From Octopus vulgaris (lineage: Eukaryota), in the NCBI GenBank assembly GCA_951406725.2, contig OX597830.1:43586001-43650000 (forward strand): 64,000 nt of DNA. The letters are read 5' to 3'. Made by a program: the position numbers and the translations under genes. Below are positions 51,660 through 64,000 of the stretch, one piece after another (position 1 is the stretch's first letter; each line of letters opens with the position of its first letter). The notes under the pieces are model-generated. The model saw nothing but the letters and a program-made list of their open reading frames with translations, had not been told where the DNA came from and ran no database searches.

Positions 51660-53720
51660 CTAAGCATTGTAGTATTTGAAAGTATTAATAAGTTTATGTA
51701 TACAGGATGGTTTGAACTCTGACCTTTTGTTAAAAAGATTGTGTTTGTCTTTGAATTTCAAGATGTTCAGGAGTTCTACACAGCATAGTTGGCATCCTGC
51801 TCTATTATTTAAATAAGGTGCAGCTGATTCGATGATGGACCATCTGAGTTTGAAGCCTATGCATTTGTCTTTTAATTCCCAAATTCTTTTAGAGAGGGAG
51901 GTGCTGTTAGCCTTATGTCTGTGTCTCAGCGAGGACCGGTGGTTGTAGTATCTGGATTTCCAGGAGGTTGAGCAACCAATATAGGTGAGTGTGTTAAACT
52001 GAGTACTCACCTCACATGAGTATATTACGTTTTTCGCCCTACATGCGCCCTGCAGCGGGCACTCTGATGCACATCTGCAGTTGCATTGCATTGCATTATT
52101 CGGTCGTGTGCTGCTAATCCCAGGCGGAGGTGTTGCAATACGAGTGGGGGCGTTGGTATCCTCCTGGTTGTTGATGGGTGTAGTATTTCCTCTGTTGTGT
52201 TGGCGGGTGTTATTACTAACTGTTTGGGTGGTATGGCTGCCAGTCTGGTTATATTGCCTACTGTCTAGATGAGGGGGGTTCTGTTGGTCGCTATGGTTTG
52301 CTCTTGATCTAGCTGTTCTAATATTAATATAGTTATGTTTAGCTATGAGGCAGCTCATGTTGGGCAGGGTAGAGTAGGAAATCCTAATAGTTTTGTTGGA
52401 GAAGATACTTCTATACTTGTGGGTGGGTGGGAAGTTGTTGGAAATTATAGAGAATATTCTCTTACATAACTTACCCCTAACTGCTAAGTTGAAAGGTATG
52501 TTGAACCATATATATTTGCGTAATCTACTATTATCCCTTCTATTTCTCCTAATAGGATCTATATTGCTCTCGTCGGGAGGGTTACTATTGTGTGCTATTC
52601 TATTAGTTCGCCTATTTCCTATACGTTGTTTGGAGTTTAAATTAGAATTATCGCTAGTGTGAGTTGAGTGCTGAGTTCGATTATAATTGGGAGTCTTATG
52701 GCCGACGGACGCTCCCGGGTGGTCTACATATGATATTCTCTGGTTATACTCGGCACTATAGAGAGCCTGGTTGTAGTGTTGTGCATGATTATTGAAAATT
52801 TCTCTATTAGAGGATAGTTTTGTCAGTCTGTCTGAGATAGCTTGGACCGTGGTGCTAATTATACAGGGTGGATGGTTGGAAGAGGTATGGATGTATTTGG
52901 TAGTTTCTTCGGGTTTCCTATACGGGTAGTGAAGGTGCTTATTCAATTCTAACGTAACATCTAAGAAGTTTACTATTTTAGTATTGGTCATAAATTCTAG
53001 TTTAAGATTGAAGGATTTGAAAAAAAGCCTGATCTTTTTCCTAATTCTTTCTAGTTTACTCCTATTGTTGGTGGGGTATATGAAGAGAGCGTCGTCTCTG
53101 TATAGACCCCCTGAAGATCCGGTACCTCGGAGAAAAGCTTCTTGAGCAGGTAGGCCCCGACCAAGTCAGTCACCTGAGCTGAATCGCTCGAGCCCATAGC
53201 CACATCGAAATTGTCGGGGGTATCGGATCTGGTCCAGAGTCTACCGTCGAATTCTATTATGGTTTTTCTAGCTAATAGAATTATGTCAATTTTTTCTCTG
53301 TCTATGAGTGAAAGGTTGCGGGCAAAAATAAGGGATTTGTTAAGTAAGATGGGGGATATACTGGCGTAGTAGCTAGCTATGTCGAATTGGATGAATGAGT
53401 AGTCGGGCCTATTGGTGATAGTGTTAAACCATTCTAGCACATCGTTGGTGTTAATCCATAGTTGGAGTGGGATGTGGGGTTTGATGTGTGGGATCACCTT
53501 GTCCAGGATAGTCTTGCTAAGTCTGCCGATATCCGATTTAGTCGGACAGATTAATCGTACTCCTACACTATCTGGGAAGTCTTTCTTATGGTCTTTAATA
53601 GTAATTTTGGGTACTTGTGGTTTAATAGGTTCTGTTCTGTCCAGGAGGTCTAATTTGCTCATAACTTCCTTGATTTTGTAGTTAATTTCCTTAAGGTTAT
53701 CCGTAGAAGTAGTTTTATAC
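51660..53720 (-). pseudogene. Penelope RT + GIY-YIG endonuclease ORF (one frameshift, 5'-truncated)
   Basis: ORFs 53051..53662 and 51660..52991 join into one frame (QGGLYRDDALFIY...EFMTNTKIVNFLDV) with a single added base. Confidence 0.9.
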
Positions 53721-54912
53721 TATTGTTATAAATCTGTCTAATAAAGGCCCGAAACATATGTACCGCTGAATCCTTCGCATCATGTTTTTATTTTATTTTG
53801 ATCAATTTACTCCACCACCTACACCACCAAACGGTATACACAGGTGCTTATAATTATCAAGTACTCACCCCGAATATATATATATATATATATAGATATA
53901 TATGTATACACATACACATATATAGATATATATGTATACATGTTACATTATCATCATATTCATCATTTAACGTCCGTTTTCCATGCTGGCATGGGTTGGA
54001 CAGTTTGACTAAGGACCAGAGAGCCAGCAGCTGTACCAGGCTCCAATCTGTATGCCCTTCCTAATGCCAACCACTTCATATGTATAGTGGGTGCTTTTTA
54101 CATTCCACTAGCACAGGAGCCAGTCAGGTGGGCCTAGCATCGATCAGGTTCAGATAGTGCTTTTTACGTGCCATTGGCATGGGGACTAGTCAGTGGGTAC
54201 TGGCATCGGCCACGTTCATTTGGTGTTTTTTTTTACATGCCACCGGTACATTTATATTTATTTATATATTTGTGTACATCATCACTGAACATCTGCTTTC
54301 CATGCTGACACATATATATAGATGGGCGGGTGGGTGGAGAGAGGAAGGGAGCCAGACAGACAGATGGGATGAGGAATAGTTGCATAGCCGTGTATGTAAT
54401 TATGTATATGCACAAATGTATGGGTATATTTTGTATGCAATAGTGTAGGTGCACATAATGACCGGCTCACACATGTGCACATGTAAAGGAACCAGAGCAT
54501 GTTGTGGGTACATATTTATCCTGTGTGAACACATTTTAGCATGTGGTTAATATAATTGGTTGTTTTTCTACGTATCTTTCTTTTCATTCTTCTTCTCTAC
54601 ATTTCAGCTGTTTCACACCTCAGTACACTTGAAGAATGTCAATGCTTTACTTCTTCTTTGATCTCATTTGTAACTGCTGTCCTTACCAACTTTGTACAAG
54701 TCTCTACTTGACATGAACTTTCATTCACTCTTGGTTTGATTAATTACTTTCAGGACTATTAATTTCTCCAAATCTTTCTCTACCCAACAATTTATGTCTG
54801 AGTGAATATTATAATAAATCCAGAATCTTGAGATCACATTTCTACAGATCTAGTGACAGTCTGTTCTCTTTTGTGCTTCGTCACATAACTCTTTGCATGT
54901 GTGTGTGTATGT

Positions 54913-54962
<50 letters not shown>

Positions 54963-55122
54963 CTAGAAAAACAGCCAACAACTGATGGAGGATCATTCTT
55001 TATGCTGTTTGTTTTGTATTCCATTTGTGTCTTTTGTTGTTCGAAAGAATAGTTCATGTTCCATGTACTCGTGCTCCGTACTTTTTTGTTGTACACATAT
55101 CGTGATGTCCTGTGCCCACATA

Positions 55123-55174
<52 letters not shown>

Positions 55175-55228
55175 TGTAAGTATGTACATATATGTATGTA
55201 TATATGCATATATATATTTTATTTATAG

Positions 55229-57609
55229 TGAGGTATTTTGTATTGCAAGACAGTGTGTGAGAGAGAATCATGATGTTGTAGGAGAGAAATTTGTCTGCAT
55301 GGATGATGGTTCTCTTGCACTAAATGAGGCTGCAAAGAGAGAGGTTTGGAGATGCCACTATGAAAGGTTGCTCAATAAAGAAAATGAATGGAAGAAAGAG
55401 AGTTTGCCAAATGTCGACCCAACAGAGCTACCAGCTATCCGAGTTGACAGTACCTTGGTAAAGCAATTAAGAGTATGAAGACAGGGAAAGCCCCAGGCCC
55501 ATCAGGAATTACTGCATAGATGCTCAAAATATCTGGCAGTGTCGGCTATAGCCTAGTCACCCGTATAGTTAACCAGGTGATACACGAAGGAGTCATACCC
55601 AATGACTGGTGTAGCAGCATAATAGTCAAATGCTACAAAGGTAAAGGTGATGCTTTAGATACAAATAATTACAGAGGTATCAAGTTGTTGGATCAGGTAA
55701 TGAAGGTCACAGAGAGGGTCATAGTCCAACTAATTATGGAGAGAGTCAGTTTAGATGAGATGCAGTTTGGGTTCATGCCAGGTAAAAGCACCACTGATGC
55801 CATATTCCTGGTAAGACAGCTGCAGGAGAAATACCTAGCCAAAGATAAATCTCTGTACCTGGCTTTCGTTGACATGGGAAAAGCCTTTGACAGGGTCCTC
55901 CGATCCCTTATCTGGTGGTCAATGAGGAAACTAGGGATAGATGAATGGTTAGTGAGAGCTGTGCAAGCCATGTACAGGGATGCTAAGGTGAGGGTTGGCA
56001 ACAAGTACAGTGAAGGATTCCAGGTAGAGGTAGGGGTCCACCAAGGTTCAGTCACCAGCCCCCTCTTATTCATAGACCTCCAGGCAATAACAGAGGAATT
56101 CAAGACAGGATGCCCCTGGGAGCTCCTCTATGCTGGTGACCTTGCTCTAATTGCTGAGTCACTAACAGAACTAGAGGAGAAGTTTCAAATGTGGAAACAA
56201 GGATTAGAATCGAAGGGCCTTAGAGGCAACCTAGCTAAAACCAAAGTCCTAATAAGTTGGAAAGCAGGCAAACCTCAAATCCCTTCAGGTAGATGGCCCT
56301 GCTCGATCTGTAGAAAAGGCGTAGGTAGAAACTCTATAAGATGTACCCAGTATAAGCGATGGACACATAAGAAGTGCAGCATTATCAAAGGAAGGCTAAC
56401 TGGGAAGATAGTTTTTGTATGTGGCAGATGCTCAGGAGCAATAAATAACACTGAAAATGTGCAGAGAACAACTTCCGCCACATTCCAGGGAGAAAAACTA
56501 AAAGTAGTTGATAGCTTCCGTTACCTAGGTGAACAAGTCAGTAGTGGGGGAGGGTGCGCTGAAAGTGTAGCTGCTAGAATAAGAATAGCCTGGGCAAAGT
56601 TCAGAGAGCTCTTACCTCTGCTAGTGACAAAGGGCCTCTCGCTCAGAGTAAACGGTAGCCTGTACGACGCATGTGTACAAACAGCCATGCTATATGGTAG
56701 CGAAGCATGTGCCATGACTGCTGAGGACATGCATAAGCTTACAAGGAATGAAGCCAGTATGCTCCGATGGATGTGTAATGTCAGTGAGCATACTCGACAG
56801 AGTGTTAGTGCCTTGAGAGAAAAGTTGGACCTAAGAAGCATCAGATGTGGTGTGCAAGAGAGACGACTGCGCTGGTATGGCCATGTGGCAAGAATGGATG
56901 TAGATAGCTGTGTGAAAAAGTTCCACACCCTAGCGGTAGCCTAGTCACCTCTGTGAAACAGGTAGACCCAGGAAGACCTGGAATGAGGTGGTGAAGCATG
57001 ACCTTCAAACATTGGGCCTCACCGAAGCAATGACTAGTGACCAGGACCTTTGGAAATATGCTGTGCTTGAGAAGACTCGGCAAGCTCAAGTGAGACCATA
57101 ACCTTGTGGCCTATGCCAGGGGTGTAACCAGCCCACTTATGCATACCTTTCCTTCATTGGACACTAAACTCTACTTGCGAAGACCTGTTGAGGGAAATGA
57201 AATCGAAATCAAATTCGATGACTGGCATCCGTGCTATAGGAGCGCTAAGAGTACCATACGAGCATGATCGTTGCCAGAGCAAGAAGCTGGCCTCCATGCC
57301 GATGGCACATAAAAAACACCATTTGAGCATGATCATTACCTGCATCGCCTTACTGGCACTAGTGCTGGTGGCACGTGAAAAAACATTCAAGCGTAGCCGT
57401 TGCCAGTACCACCTGACTGGCCCTCATGCCAGTGGCATGTAAAAGCACCCACTACACTCTCGGAGTGGTAGGCGTTAGAAAGGGCATCCAGCTATAGAAA
57501 CTCTGCCAGGTCAGATTGGAGTCTGGTGCAGACATCTGGTTTGCCAGACTTCAGTCAAATCGTCCAACCCATGCTAGCATGGAAAGCAGACGTTAAACGA
57601 TAATGATGT

Positions 57610-57612
<3 letters not shown>
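55229..57612 (+). mobile_element. RTE-type LINE, 5'-truncated and inactivated; Cys/His finger inserted in RT; long 3' UTR ending in (GAT)n-like tail
   Basis: KAPGPSG, NYRGIKLL, QFGFMPGKSTTDAIF, FVDMGKAFDRV, GVHQGS..SPLLF, YAGD (degenerate YADD), FRYLG, RRLRWYGHVAR; frameshifts near 55460 and 56940. Confidence 0.9.
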
Positions 57613-57682
<70 letters not shown>

Positions 57683-58295
57683 TTGTGTGTGTGTGTGCAT
57701 GCATGTAATGTATGTGTATGTATCTGGAGAAAAAACAAAAATTATTCGAATATAGTGGGGATGTAGTGACTAAGGATCAGCTCAAATCAAGCAGAACCTT
57801 TTATATTTTTAATGGGGTTTTTTTCACTTTAAATGGAGATACTATCAAATATATGCAATCTCTTTAGACTTGTGCGCAAGGCAGCTTCACTAGTGCCATG
57901 GTGCTCAATAAAATTCTGCACCTAGAACACTCAGTAAAGAAGCTGGCAATGAAAAGACACAATACATGGTTGAGAAGACCCATCAGTCTTCCCAAGGACT
58001 CAACAGCCATTTTAGTGATGATGTCATGATAAAATGCACCCAGTACAACTTCTAAAGTGATTAGTATTAATAAAATTATCCAGCTGAAGAAATCATGACA
58101 AATATGGAAAGTAGAATAAAAGTGTGGGTTTCCATCCTATCTCCGATGGGAATAGCTTTGAATAAAAAGCGATTTGAACCATGACAGATTGTCCTGTTCA
58201 TGCAGACATGGAAAGCAGATGTAAAACAATGGTGTTAATGAATACAAACTAAATCTGAAACAGTAACACAGAACAGAAAATGTTTTCTAACATAC

Positions 58296-58408
58296 CCAAG
58301 ACGAGTACCTCCAGGTACTTCAGCCTGAACTTTGGTGCCAAGTGGAACGACATGAACTTCATGGAGAACAGCTGGACGGGAAAACTTCACAAGATCTAGA
58401 TTTAGTTC
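58296..58408 (-). CDS. VIRMA: virilizer/VIRMA coding exon (VIR_N domain; first exon found in window)
   Basis: AG acceptor and GTATG donor; 113 nt; translates ELNLDLVKFSRPAVLHEVHVVPLGTKVQAEVPGGTRLG, resembling the VIRMA N-terminus as I recall it (DVVRFPCVVYINEVRVIPPG). Confidence 0.92.
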
Positions 58409-58714
58409 CTAAAACAGTTTAAAATGAATCAAAATATTTTAGTGATGTGGTTGTTGTTGTTATTACTATTCTACTAGAGGCCTTGTGCCTTTAGTAGAAA
58501 TAGATTATCATCATCATTATAATAAAGGCAGCAAAATTATTAGCATACTGGACAAAATGCCTAATGGCATTCTGTCTATTTTGATATTATGAAAGACGAA
58601 GCCGAGGTTGACTTTGCCTTTCATTGCTTTGGAGTCAATAAAATAGGAACAGGGGTCAATGTAATCAACTTCCTCCTTCCTTCAAAAACTGCTGGCCCTG
58701 TGCCAAAATTTTAA

Positions 58715-58745
<31 letters not shown>

Positions 58746-60422
58746 GTGTTGGAAAAAAATGCTCTGCAATGTTTATTCTGGCTCTTTATAATCTGAGTAC
58801 AAATCTTGCTGAAGTAAACTTTACCGTTCATGTTTCCAGGACCAATAAAATAAGGTACCAGTCAAGTACTGGAATCAATGCAGTCAACCCATCCCCACCC
58901 TCTAAAATTGCTGGCCTTGCCCCTAAATTAGAGTTTATTCATCATCACCATTGTTTAACATCCGCTTTCCATGCTGGCATGAGTTGAATGGTTTGACTGA
59001 GGACTGGCAAGCCAGGAGGCTGCACCAGGCTCCAATCTGATCTGGCAAAGTTTCTACAGCTGGATGCCCTTCCTAACGCCAACCATTCCGAGAGCACAGT
59101 GGGTGCTTTTAACGCGTTACTGGAGTTGGAGCCAGTCAGGTGGCACTGGCATTGACCACACTCAAATGGTGCTTTTTACATGCCACCAGCACGGGTGCTA
59201 GGCAGGCTGTACTGGCATTGGCCACGACAACGACTGCACTTGACTCAACAGGCCTTCTCAAGCACAGCAATATTAGATTAATATTTTTATCATTATTCTT
59301 CAAAATGTTATTATCCTCATCATTATTATTCATGAAATTGCATTTGACATATCTTTCAGAATATCTCCTCCAATCTCCCAACCAGAGAACTTGAATTGTT
59401 TAATGTTTTGCTTATGACAAACTTCACTAATTTATTTTTTGTTTAGTCCAGCACATATTTATATGCATCAAAAATATAATTAGACATAATTATGCAGTGA
59501 AGAAACGGTATTAGCTAAATGACTAATACAATTTTAAATACTTCAGCAACTGCAACAACTCGACATATTTCAGTCTTATTAGACCTCCTCAGCTAATATA
59601 GTAATGTGAGATTCATTGAGAAGATGTGATACCTGTGCTGGTGGCATGTAAAAAGCACCATCCGAACGTGGCCAATGCCAGTGCCATCTTGACTGGCTTC
59701 CATGCCGGTGGCACGTAAAAATCACCAACCGATCATGGCCGTTGCCAGCCTACCCTGGCACCTGTGCCAGTGGCACATAAAAAGCACAAACTATACTCAC
59801 GGAGTGGTTGGCGTTAGGAAGGGCATCCGGCTATAGAAACACTGCCAGACCAGACTGGAGCCTGGTGTAGCCTCCTGGCTTCCCAGACCCCAGTCGAACT
59901 GTCCAACCCATGCTAGCATGAAAAACGGACGTTAAACGATGATGATGATGATATATAAATACACACACACACACACATGTGAGAACAAGTGTACATATAA
60001 GTATATTCTTTTATTTGTTTCAGTCATTTGACTGCGGCCATGCTGGAGCACTGCCTTTAGTCAAACAAATCGATCCCAGCACTTATTCTATTCATCTCTT
60101 TTACTGCATTGCTAAGTTAGAGATGTAAACACACCAACATCAGTTGTCAAGTAATGGTAGGGGTACAAACACAGACACACACACACATATATATATATAT
60201 CATCATCATCATCATTTAGCGTCCGTTTTCCATGCTAGCATGGGTTGGACGGTTTAACTGGGGTCTGTGAAGCTGGAAGGCTTCATCAGACCCAGTCAGA
60301 TTTGGCAGTGGGCCTGATATATATATATATATTATATATACACACACACACACACGACAGGCATCTTTCAGTTTCCGTCTACCAAATCCACTCACAAGGC
60401 TTTAGTCGGCCCGAGGCTATAG

Positions 60423-60643
60423 TATTGGGTTGGTGCATAATTATTGTGGCTTTTTTCCAACAAATTTTATTCAACAAAAACAACAATGTGTAACAAAAAC
60501 ATCTTTAAATCATTATTCCAGAGCATATTCACCATCTACTTCAAATACGTCATTTAAAGATTGTTTTTGTTAAATATAGCTATTTATTTTGTTGAATAAA
60601 AGTTGTTGAAAAAAAGCCACAATAATTGTGCACCAACCCAATA
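60423..60643. mobile_element. Mariner-derived MITE (same family) inserted at a TA inside a SINE
   Basis: TTGGGTTGGTGCATAATTATTGTGGC ... GCCACAATAATTGTGCACCAACCCAA; SINE sequence (gctatagta|gaagacac) resumes on both sides. Confidence 0.85.
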
Positions 60644-62386
60644 GAAGACACTGGGCCATGGTGCCATGCAGTGGGACTGAACCCAGAACCATGTGGTTGG
60701 GAAGCAATCTACTTGCCACACAGCAAAAGAATGGAGAATTATACATCCTCAAAAGCTTGCTTGTTACAGTATTTTATACAATACATTCATTTTAAATCTC
60801 TGTGTTTCTACTGCATAGGTATCCAAAGATATTGCATCCTGTCAGTTTAAATGCATTATAAGTTCATCCAAAGTTACATATCCATGCAGCTTTATTCAGT
60901 GTGTTACCATTAATTGTATTGATATATATGCACTTATTGAGGTGGTGAGTTGGCAGAGTCGTAAGCACGCTGGATGAAATGCTTAGCAGTATTTTGCCTA
61001 TCGTAATGTTCTGAGTTCAAATTCCACCCAGGTCGATTTTGCTTTTCGCCCTTTTGGGGTCGATAAATAAAGTACCAGTGAAATTCTGGGGTCGATGTAA
61101 TCGACTAGTCCTCTCCCCCAGATCTTCAGGCCTTGTGCCTGTAATAGAAAGGATATATATGCACATATATAAGAAGGGCATCCAGCTGTAGAAATCTTGC
61201 CAGATCAGATTGGAGCCTGGTGCAGCCTCCTGGCTTGCTAGCCCTCTGTCAGACTGTCCAACCCATGCCAGCATGGAAAGCGGATGTTAAACGATGACAT
61301 TTGTGTGTGTGTCCCTCTATATATGCATATATATAGATGTACAGATGGATAATGTGTATATGTATGCTCATGTCCTTGTGTATACATGTATTCGTGTATG
61401 TTCTATAAGGGTGGGCTGAAAAGCTCATAAGCTGGCTATGAATGAGTGATGCTAGAGCTGTGAAATCTTGCATACATTAACTTCACCTCTTCTTATTAAG
61501 AAGACTTCAAAAAGTAACTAGTAGTAACTTCTCTTGAAAATGGAACAAAATTTGGCATCGCAGTGTTATCAAGTCCCTGCAGAAAAAGGGTTTAGCCCCT
61601 AAGGACATTCAGGCTGAAACGGTTGCTATATTAGGGAATAACATTCCAGCTTTATCAACTGAGCAAAAAAGTGGGCAGCTGAATTTAGGAGTGGAAGGGA
61701 GAGTCTTGAAGATCAGCCAAAGTTTGGACATCGTGCAACTGACATCACCAAGGAAAACATAGTGTTCACTACATGGTGATGGATGACAGGTGACTGACGA
61801 TAAATCAAATAGCGAATGCTATAAGCATATCCCATGAGAGAGTGGAGAATATTCTGCGCAATGAACTTGGCATAAGGAAGGTTTTTGTTTGGTGGGTACC
61901 GTGTCTTCTGATACCTAATCAAAAGAGCATCAGGCTGATAACATTAGCATTATTTGAGGCAAATACAGTTGGTTTCCTTGAATGTTTCCTAACCCAAGAT
62001 GAGTGTTGGCTTCATCACTTTGAACCAGAGACAAAGAGACAATCTATTCAGTGGAAATGCCATTCCTCACCTGCTCTAAAGAAGGCTGAGTTCATTTCAT
62101 CTACTGGGAAAATGATGGCCCCTGTACTTTTTTAATGCAAAAGGCATTGCGTTTTCTGAATGTCTTCAAATGGAAAGTGCTTCGCCAACTTGCTGAGGCA
62201 GTTACAAAAGGCTATCAGGATCAACTGCCCAGGAAAACAAACAAAAGGGATCTTATTTCATCAGTACAATGTTCCAGCACCCAAACCCTTGGTTTCAATG
62301 GCTGCTATTCTTCGGATTTGTCCCTATCTGATTACATCATCTGACTCCCAACATGAAAAATCATTTGGCTAGGAACCAGTATCACA

Positions 62387-63296
<910 letters not shown>

Positions 63297-64000
63297 AAAT
63301 GGCACCTGTGAATCATAGTCACGGCTGTTGCTGATGTCATGCAAATGGCACTCATGCTGGTGGCACATAAAAACGCACATTACACTCTTGGAGTAATTGG
63401 CTTTAGGAAGGGTATCCAGCCACAGAAACCATGCCAAATCAAACTGCATCTGATAAGCTCTGGGGCTTATCAGATGCAGTCAGACTGTCTGACCCATGCC
63501 AGTATGGCGAGTGGGCATTAAATGATGAGATATATATATATCATTATCATTTAACATCCGCTTTCCATGCTGGCATGGGTTAGACGGTTTGACTGAGGAC
63601 TGGCAAGCCAGATGGCTGCACCAGGTTCGAATCTGATCTGGCAGAGTTTCTACAGCTGGATGTCCTTCCTAATATCAACCACTCCAAGAGTGTAGTGGGT
63701 GCTTTTACGTGCCACTGGCACGAGGGCCAGTCAGGCAGTACTGGCAACAGCCATGCTCATGGTGCTTATATACATACATACATATATATATGCATCACCT
63801 TACTGGCACTTGCACTAGTGGCATGTGAAAAAACATTCAAGCGAGGTCATTGCCAGTGCCGCTGGACTGGCTCCTCTGCAAGTGGAACGTAACAAACACC
63901 ATTTGAGCATGGCCATTGCCAGTACTGCCTGACTGGCCCTCGTGCCGGTGGCATGTAAAAGCACCCACTACACTCTCGGAGTGGTTGGCGTTAGGAAGGG

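Larger units (their letters stand above)
49650..53875 (-). mobile_element. Penelope-like retroelement (Naiad-type), 5'-truncated, with inverted terminal copy of its 3' end
   Basis: RT motifs FDIASYY and MGSSDS..DLVG; GLYRDD is restored by adding one G to the G-run at 53107-53111; FLDV; CNCR..CPLQGAC; GIY-YIG (VIY..YIG..R...H); LFNKRSE. Perfect 88-bp inverted repeat 49650-49737 / 53722-53809; (TA)n on both sides. Confidence 0.92.

Noticed and set aside
54958-55125. TA-flanked segment with CTGATGG...CGAAAG as a hammerhead
   Set aside because: The core is mutated and the GAAA lies inside the only evident stem; probably a repeat relic.

Overview
Eukaryotic, AT-rich, repeat-dense genomic DNA. The SINE/LINE/microsatellite content suggests a cephalopod, probably Octopus (inference). 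The whole window lies within one minus-strand gene, virilizer/VIRMA (scaffold of the m6A writer complex). I assembled 14 GT-AG exons with consistent phases (2754 nt, 918 codons) from 58408 down to 530; I did not find the first coding exon or the 3' part of the gene in the window. The introns hold a nearly intact Penelope-like (Naiad-type) retroelement, an RTE-type LINE whose 3' tail is scattered in many copies, an ORF1-only element, Tc1/mariner relics (DD37D, DD41D, mariner-type), a FLYWCH/MULE relic, MITEs, tRNA-derived SINEs, a tRNA-Pro pseudogene and a 43-bp minisatellite. The most interesting signal is a set of type I hammerhead ribozyme (HHR) motifs, each accompanied by an inverted copy of all or part of itself. 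One lies in the Penelope element, one in a ~480-nt non-coding retrozyme-like unit, and one at the 3' end of a tRNA-headed SINE-like element. Together they suggest a Penelope-driven system of non-autonomous ribozyme-carrying elements. All calls were read by eye; no searches or folding computations were run.
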